Part shown: positions 9,327 through 15,903 of the stretch, piece by piece
How positions within the stretch are numbered: the stretch's first letter is position 1
How the letters are laid out: each line of letters opens with the position of its first letter
Assembly (NCBI RefSeq): GCF_006345805.1
Contig: NW_021825344.1
Span: 1-15,903, forward strand
From: Octopus sinensis
Lineage: Eukaryota
Direction: 5' to 3'
Length of the DNA: 15,903 nucleotides
The notes under the pieces: model-generated
Databases searched by the model: none
What the model saw: only the letters and a program-made list of their open reading frames with translations
What the model was told of the DNA's origin: nothing
Program-made: the position numbers and the translations under genes

Positions 9327-9775
9327 GACAGAAGGGACAAACAAGGACAGACAAAGACAGACGAAATACCTGTTTCTTTACTACCTACAAGGGGCTAAAC
9401 ACAGAGAGGACAGACAAAGGGATTAAGTCGATTGCATCGACCCCAGTGCGTAACTGGTACTTAATTTATCGACCTCAAAAGGATGAAAGGCAAAGTCGAC
9501 CTCGGCGGAATTTCAACTCAGAACGTAACTACAGATGAAATACCTGTTTCTTTACTACCCACAAGGGGCTAAACACAGAGAGGACAAGCAAGGGCAGACA
9601 AACGGATTAAGTCGATTACATCGACCCCAGTGTTCTACTGGTACTTAATTTATCGACCCCGAAAGGATGAAAAGCAAAGTCGAGCTCGGCGGAATTTGAA
9701 ATCAGAACCTAACGGCAGACGAAATAGGGCTACGCATTTCGCCCGGCGTGTTAACGTTTCTGCCAGGTCGCCGCC
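9327..9775 (-). mobile_element. SINE-B array: full tRNA-like head, two ~190 bp body-plus-tail units, and a remnant of a third
   Basis: The minus-strand head is at 9775. Body-plus-tail units span ~9545-9715 and ~9370-9530, and each tail is followed by ggtatttcRtctg. Confidence 0.92.
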
Positions 9776-9799
9776 ACTCAGCCATGTAAGGAATTATGG

Positions 9800-10405
9800 T
9801 ATGTGTCTCTATGTGTGCATGTGTGTGTATGTGGGTGTGTGTGCTGCGTGTGTGTGAATGTGTGTCTGTGTGTGTGTGTGTCTGTGTTGTGAGTGAGCGT
9901 TTTTGTTTGTGTGTGAGTGTGTGTGTGAGTGTGTATGTAAGTGTGTGCGTGAGTGTGTGTGTGAGTGTAAGAATGTGTGTGAGAGTGTGTGTGCTTGCAT
10001 GGGTGTGATTATGTGTCAGTGTGAGTGTGTGTGTGAGTGTATGAGTGTGAGTGTGTGTGTGTATGTTTGAGCATTTGTATGTGTATGTGTTAGAGCATTT
10101 GTGTGTGCGAGCGTGTGAGTGTGTGTGTATGTTTGAGCATTTGTATGTGTGTGTGTGTGCTAGAGCATTTGTGTGTCCGTGTGTGAGTGTGTGTGTGTGA
10201 GTGTCCGTGTGTGTGAGAGTCCGTGTGTGAGTGTGTGTTTGTGCGTGTGTGTCCGTGTGTGAGTGTATGTTTGTGTGTGTTAGTGTGTGTGTGTGTGTGT
10301 GTGAGTATGTGTATTTGTGAGTGTTTGCGTGTGTGTGTTTGTGAGTGTGTGTGTTTGAGCGTTTGTGTGTGGTGTGTATGCGTCTGCTTGCGTGCGTGTA
10401 TGTAC
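9800..10405. repeat. Imperfect (TG)n/(TGAG) tract with a duplicated ~68 bp sub-unit (gtatgtttgagcatttgtatgtgt...tagagcatttgtgtgt)
   Basis: Read directly from the sequence; sub-unit copies near 10060 and 10127. Confidence 0.9.
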
Positions 10406-10667
10406 GTGATCACAGCAATTTTTCCTTCATATAAACATTGTTAAAGAACTGAAATGCTTGTTAAAAAGGAAATGAAAATAAAACGATAAGATAAAATGAA
10501 GGAAACGAAGAGAAAGTTCGTAAAACTGTACAGTTTGTACAAATGTTTTAATTCCCAGTCGGCTATTTGTCACCATATTACTGTCAGGGGATTGTATACA
10601 ACTGTACCCGTTCAGATATATTATTTGACTGGGGAACGTTCTCGCATGAAATACCATCTTTGTACAC

Positions 10668-11800
10668 ATGTATGTATGTATGTTTGCATGTATGTATGTA
10701 TGTATGTATGTATGTATGTATGTATGTATGTATGTATGTATGTATGAATGTATGTATGTATGTATGTATGTATGTATGTATGTATGTATGTTTGCATGTA
10801 TGTATGTATGTATGTATGTATGTATGTATGTATGTATGTACTTACGTATGTATGTATGTATGTATGTATGTATGTATGTATGTACGTACGTACGTATGTT
10901 TGTACGTACGTATGTATGTATGTATGTGTGTACGTACGTGTGTATGTATTCCCTATGTATGTACGTATGTGTGTATGTATTACGTATGTATGTATGTATG
11001 TACGTATGTATGTACGTACGAATGTATGTATGTACATACGTATGTATTATGTACGTAGGCATGTATGTATGTATGTACGTACGTATGTATGTATCTATGT
11101 ATGTACGTATGTACGCATGTATGTATGTACGTACGTATGTGTGTATGTGCATACGTGTGTATGTATATATCTATGTATGTACGTATGTATGTACGTACGT
11201 ATGTATTATGTATGTAGTACGTATATGTGTATGTATATATGTATGTATCTAAGTACGTACGCATGTATGTATGTATGTGCGTACGTATGTATGTAGTAGG
11301 TATGTATGTATGTATCTATGTATGTACGTACGTATGTGCGTTCGTGCGTATGTATGTATGTATGTATGTATGTATGTACGTACGTATGTATGAATGTACG
11401 TATGTATGTATGTATGTATGTATGTATGTATGTATGTATGTATGTATGTATGTATGTACGTACGCATGTATGAATGTACGTATGTATGTATGTATGTATG
11501 TATGTATGTATTGTATGTATGTATGTATGTATGTATGTACGTACGTATGTATGTACGTAAGTACGTATGTTTGAATGTACGTATGTATATATGTATGTGC
11601 TTACGTACGTATATATATGTATGTACGTACGTATGTATGCATGTATGTGCGTACGTATGTATCTTTGTATGCGCGTACGTATGTATGTACGTACGTATAT
11701 ATGTATGCATTTATGTATGAATGTTTGGGTCTATGGGTGTATGTATGGGTGTATAAATGTCTATGTATGTAAACATGAGTGTGTATGTAAGCGAGCATAT
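10668..11800. repeat. ~1.1 kb (TATG)n/(TACG)n tetranucleotide array
   Basis: Read directly from the sequence. Confidence 0.96.
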
Positions 11801-11938
11801 ATATATGGAAATAAATGTGCAAATGAATCGATGTGAGTATATGTGCTCAGATGGGCTTGTGTATATGTATTGCGTGCGCATGTTTCTTTATATATGGATG
11901 CGTAGATATGTGTAGACATACGCACACAAACCTATGTA

Positions 11939-12403
11939 CGAGGAGCGTTCAAAACGTATCCGCCAAAACTAATGTCAGGTTGACAAAATCCTTTTGGGTA
12001 GGAGGTGTATGCGAGAAATGTTCACGCCGGTTGGACGCGTCTGCTCCCTGCTGTTACACCTAGAGTTCCGACGTGTTGTGCGCGCCCGACGGATTTTCGT
12101 TTCTTCCGTACGCACCGAGCAGGGATATTGCTTGGTGATGCTCAAGTTCAAACCATCCAGAAGATTTGGCGGGCCCTTGTCGATGATGCCATGGGCAAAA
12201 CTCAGATCAGAGGGTGGGACAACCGCTCCAAACATGACTGCACTTCAGTGGAAAGATCGGAACCATCAAGGAGGCGAGCCCCAAATCGAAACGAGGAGAC
12301 AATCGAGAATGTTCGGTGAATAATCATAGAAGACCGTCGTGTAAAAATCCAGGAAATTGAACGAGAAGTGAGAATAAGCAGAGGATCAGTCCGTTCCATT
12401 TTA
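11939..12403 (+). mobile_element. Left end of a Tc1/mariner (mariner-type) DNA transposon with a decayed transposase N-terminus
   Basis: TA at 11937-11938 is followed by a TIR-like CGAGGAGCGTTCAAAACGT. From 12117 it translates EQGYC/LGDAQVQTIQKIWRALVDDAMGKTQIRGWDNRSKHDCTSVERSEPSRRRAPNRNEETIENVR*IIIEDRRVKIQEIEREVRISRGSVRSIL, a typical mariner bipartite HTH region. No DDD domain or right TIR is present in the window. Confidence 0.88.
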
Positions 12404-12828
12404 TGCAGTGTCGTCCCGTTCTAGCATTGGTGTAGCTTACAATGCCAAAATTTGGCACAATTCCTTCGAGGATCTTCCAGACATATATTACTGCATACCT
12501 CTCCCGTCTTCTCTCCAGGGAGTAGAGTCTTAGCTGTTTCAACCTTTCCTAGTAGCTGAGCTGTTGCAAAGAGATGATCTTCTTTGTGAATCTTCTCTGG
12601 ATTGCTTCAAGGCCCGCTGTTAATTTTGCACTGGTGGGTGACCATAGCTGTGAGCAGTAATCCAGGCGACTGAGGACGAATGTCCGCCAGAGGACCATCA
12701 TGGTTTCCTTATCTCTGGTTCTGAATGTTCTTAGGATCCACCCAGCCAGTCGTCTGCACTTTGTCGCCATCCTGGTAAGATGCACTTGGAAAGAGGTATC
12801 ATCACTCATGTCGATACCCAGGTCCCTC
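12403..12828 (-). mobile_element. CR1-group LINE ORF2 fragment (post-RT C-terminal region) with one premature stop
   Basis: RDLGIDMSDDTSFQVHLTRMATKCRRLAGWILRTFRTRDKETMMVLWRTFVLSRLDYCSQLWSP...LEAIQRRFTKKIISLQQLSY*ERLKQLRLYSLERRRERYAVIYVWKILEGIVPNFG...TGRHC. The RDLG, LDYCSQLWSP and SLERRR motifs are typical of CR1/L2-group ORF2. The TAG at 12549-12551 is in frame. Confidence 0.92.
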
Positions 12829-12859
<31 letters not shown>

Positions 12860-12892
12860 TATATATATATATACACATACACATACATACTG
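12829..12892. repeat. (TA)n/(CATA) microsatellite
   Basis: Read directly from the sequence. Confidence 0.9.
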
Positions 12893-12986
12893 ACTTATAG
12901 TGACGAACACAATTCTCCATGTGATCGGCTTGAAAATTCTTAAGATATTAAGATATTTTCCTTAACATGAAACTAATTGTATCCTT

Positions 12987-12987
<1 letters not shown>

Positions 12988-13021
<34 letters not shown>

Positions 13022-13312
13022 CACACGCACACACATATACATGTATATATATATACATATTCATACATACATATATATATACATACACACACACATATAT
13101 AATATATATATACGTGTGTGTTTATATATATATATATATACATGTAAACTTGTAAATATACATATATAGATGCATTTTAATACATACACAGTCATATACA
13201 TACAATCAAACATACATACATACATAGATACATACATACACACATACATACATACATACATACATACATACAAACATACATACATACATACATGCATACA
13301 TACATGCATACA
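12988..13312. repeat. Compound (CA)n/(TA)n/(CATA)n region
   Basis: Read directly from the sequence. Confidence 0.93.
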
Positions 13313-13782
13313 TAATAGTGTTGAATAGAAGGCCCCACATAACCAGCAGCTTCCCCGCTTCCCCCTCAAATATCTACAGAATACTATCTTCCTGCGAGAC
13401 ATAATAACCTTGTTGACAAGACTGTTTACAATACCGCGCGGTGGTTCGTCTTGCCGTTAAGACCAACCAAAAGCATCTCAGAACCAAAATGCATCAACAC
13501 TTTTAAGAATTTAGGAATGTTGGGTCTAACATTCTTATAAAAACAACAATCAGGTACAACACAACAGTCTTTGTATTGTTTTAGGGGACGATTATAACAA
13601 TGGGCTATTGTTGCGGAGGTCAACAGACAAGTGAATATGAACGTCGTGGCTTCAGTTGTGAATTTATTTTTCGATAACTTTGGACGAAATGTTTCTCCTG
13701 TCTTTGGTTTATAACCGCAGCGACTAGATCTCTTGTGTGGGGCTATAGCACTTTATCGGTACTTTTAAGTAAGCTTTATATG

Positions 13783-14146
13783 CTTACTTACTTTTAATTG
13801 TTTCAGGCATTTGATTGTGGTCATTCTGGGGCATCGCCTTTAGTCGAACAAATTGACCCCAGGACTTATTCTTTGTAAGTCTAGTACTTATTCTATCGGT
13901 TTCTTTTGCCGAACTGCTAAGTTACGGGGACGTAAACACACCAGCATCGGTTGTCAAGCGATGTTGGGGAGACAAACACAGACACACATACATACATATA
14001 TATACATATATGACGGGCTTCTTTCAGCTTCCGTCTACCAAATAATCCACTCACAAGGCTTTGGTCTTTCACAAGGTGCCACGCAATAGGACTGATCCCG
14101 GAACCATGTGGTTCGTAAGCAAGCTACTTACCACACAGCCACTCCT
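13783..14146 (-). mobile_element. Near full-length SINE-C with a short deletion in the CORE-like domain
   Basis: The reverse complement aligns end to end with 3925-4320: head aggagtggctgtgtggtaagtagcttgc, tail ...tgaaacaattaaaagtaagtaag. Confidence 0.9.
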
Positions 14147-14181
14147 ACGCATATATGAAGAGCTTTACATAAATAGTTAGA

Positions 14182-14755
14182 AATATTGATTTTAAATTTT
14201 GGCCCAAGGCCAGCAGTTGCGAGAGAGGGGGCTAAGTCGATTATATCGACCCCAGTGTTCAACTGGTACTTGTTTCATCGACCCCGAAACGATGAAAGGC
14301 AAAGTCGACCACGACAGAATTTGAACTCAGAACGTGAGAACGGACGAATTGCCTCTAAGCAGTTCGCCCTGTGTGATGTAAAATATTGATTTCAAATTTT
14401 GGCACAAGGCCAGCAATTTCAGGGAGTAGGCAAGTTGATTACATCGACCTCAGTGTCTGACTGATATTTATTTTATCGACCCAGAAAGGGTGAAGTGTGA
14501 AGTGAACCTCGGTGGAGTTTGAACTAAGAATGTGAAAACGGATGAAATAGTGCTAAGCATTTGGCTTGGCGCGCTATGAAATAATGATTTGAAATTTTGG
14601 CATAATAAGGCCGGCAATTCCGGGGGTGGTGTTAAGTCGATTACATCGATCCAAAGTGCTCAACTAGTACTTATTTAATCGACCCCGAAAGGATGAAAGA
14701 CAAAGTCGACCTTGGTGGGATTTGAGCTCAGAAAGTAAAGACAGACGGAATTACC
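14182..14755 (-). mobile_element. Three head-to-tail SINE-B-body units with an alternative tail Y (gctggccttgtgccaaaatttgaaatcaatatt)
   Basis: Tails start at 14182, 14382 and ~14582. Each unit has a B-box, gaggtcgactttg-like and ggggtcgat-like segments. Confidence 0.88.
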
Positions 14756-14972
14756 ATCTTTACTACCCACAAGGGGATAAACACAGAGAGGACAACAAAG
14801 ACGACAAACGGATTAACGATTACATCGACCCAGTGTAACTGGTACTTATTTTTCGACCCCGAAAGATGAAAGGCAAAGTCGACCTCGGCGGATTTGAACT
14901 CAGAACGTAGCGGAAGACGGAATACCGCTAGCATTTCGTCCAGCTGCGCAAACGATTCTGCCGGTCGCCGCC
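14756..14972 (-). mobile_element. SINE-B with head and Tx1-type tail, joined to the tail-Y array
   Basis: Head ggcggcgaccggcagaatcgtt at 14972; tail ctctgtgtttatccccttgtgggtagtaaaga at 14758-14790. Confidence 0.9.
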
Positions 14973-14979
14973 TGAATAC

Positions 14980-15485
14980 CTGGAAATATTGGTGACCTTT
15001 CCTGCTACGCCAGGAAAATTACAGCAACGAAAAAAAGCTGATATTCTGGGAAAGATTGAAAGAATTACGACTCCAATCCGTGAAGCGAAGACGGGATAGG
15101 TATGTGATGATATAAATATGGAAGATCCTAGAGGGGCTGAACCCAAATTTTGGCAACGAGGGTTATACCAGTAGCCGAACAGGACGCCACTGCAATGTTC
15201 CAAAGGTCCTGCTCATCCCGTCTAGAGTAAGAACCTATTAGTGCAATAGCTCGGGGCCCAAATCCCACAGCTATTTTATATCATGCCAAAATAAAACAGG
15301 GATCTACATGGAATGGGAGGTAAAAGTTTTCAAGAATCATATCGAACTCAAAAGAGGGACAACAATATCAAACTACTTCATTCACCAAAAGCCAACCACA
15401 TGAATATGGCCAGTAAAAAGGTGATGATATAGGTTGTGTTCCAGCATGGCCACAGCCTTTGGGTTGGAGCGCATAAAAGAATAAA
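14980..15485 (+). mobile_element. Decayed 3' end of a CR1-group LINE (ORF2 C-terminus, internal deletion, 3' UTR and tail)
   Basis: FWERLKELRLQSVKRRRDRYVMI*IWKILEGLNPNFGNEGYTSSRTGRHCNVPKV...VKVFKNHIELKRGTTISNYFIHQKPTT* is homologous to the 12403-12550 translation. It is followed by gtgttccagcatggccacagcc...ataaaagaataaa. Confidence 0.85.
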
Positions 15486-15509
15486 GGAATTTATTTTATG
15501 CTATTTTTC

Positions 15510-15643
15510 AAGATAACCTTTCTTTCAGTCATTTGACTGCGGCCATGCAGGAGCACCGCCTTTCGCCGAACAAATCGACCCCAAGACTTATTTTTTGTAA
15601 GCCTGGTACTTATTCTATCAGTCTCTTTTACCGAACCGCTAAG
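15510..15643 (-). mobile_element. 5'-truncated SINE-C (Meta-like module plus tail)
   Basis: The reverse complement matches 4175-4300 (cttagcggttcggtaaaagagactgatagaataagtacc...ggcggtgctcctgcatggccgcagtcaaatgactgaaa). Confidence 0.9.
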
Positions 15644-15903
15644 TATATATATATATAGGACTATATATATAGGACAGGATAAAACTAGTAAAAAATTACT
15701 GGATAATTCCAGATCATCTATATAAATTAACGATCTTATTCATATTTATATAAATTTAAATTTATTTCGTCACTGTATTTACTGCGGTGATGTTTTAACC
15801 ATATCGCACATGGAATTAAGAAGCGGGCCTTTTGAACTGGTCATGATGCATACGTACATATATATTATAGTATACGTTCGTATATGTAAGTATTCGTATG
15901 CTT

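Noticed and set aside
8265-11836. Many ORFs of (MYVC)n, (IHTY)n and (YI)n
   Set aside because: They are microsatellite translations.
12447-12460. Match of tail Y (aaattttggcacaa at ~14394-14407) to the CR1 coding segment VPNFG
   Set aside because: It is only ~14 nt and AT-rich, lies inside ORF2 rather than at the LINE 3' end, and is probably chance.
15648-15675. 14-bp tandem duplication tatatatataggac x2
   Set aside because: It is ordinary slippage next to a (TA)n at a truncated SINE end.

Overview
Eukaryotic, gene-poor, repeat-saturated intergenic or intronic DNA. The SINE and LINE families look like those of an octopus (coleoid cephalopod) genome; this is recognition from memory, not a database result. 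Roughly half of the window is simple repeat, including a ~1.5 kb (GAT)n tract and several (CA)n, (GATA)n, (CATA)n, (TATG)n and (TA)n tracts. These tracts explain almost every ORF in the supplied track. No intact protein-coding gene, rRNA, true tRNA or CRISPR array is supported. The rest contains at least four tRNA-derived SINE families, labelled A-D here; a decayed Tx1/L1-clade LINE 3' end (4360-5062, -); two decayed CR1-group LINE fragments (12403-12828 -, 14980-15485 +); and the left end of a mariner element (11939-12403). The most notable signal is a small retroposon system visible within one window. (i) SINE-B carries a 3' tail matching the Tx1-like LINE 3' end at 31/39 nt, ungapped. (ii) All five copies of that tail are followed by a GGTA-N4-5-RTCTG motif. 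At two of them the motif is duplicated on the other side of the insert, so it behaves as a target site rather than part of the tail, suggesting sequence-specific insertion into other SINEs. (iii) SINE-C shares its tail with the CR1 LINE 3' end at 19/22 nt, a second LINE-SINE pair. (iv) SINE-B and SINE-C share an internal module with a conserved GTCGA-N5-TCGAC hairpin.
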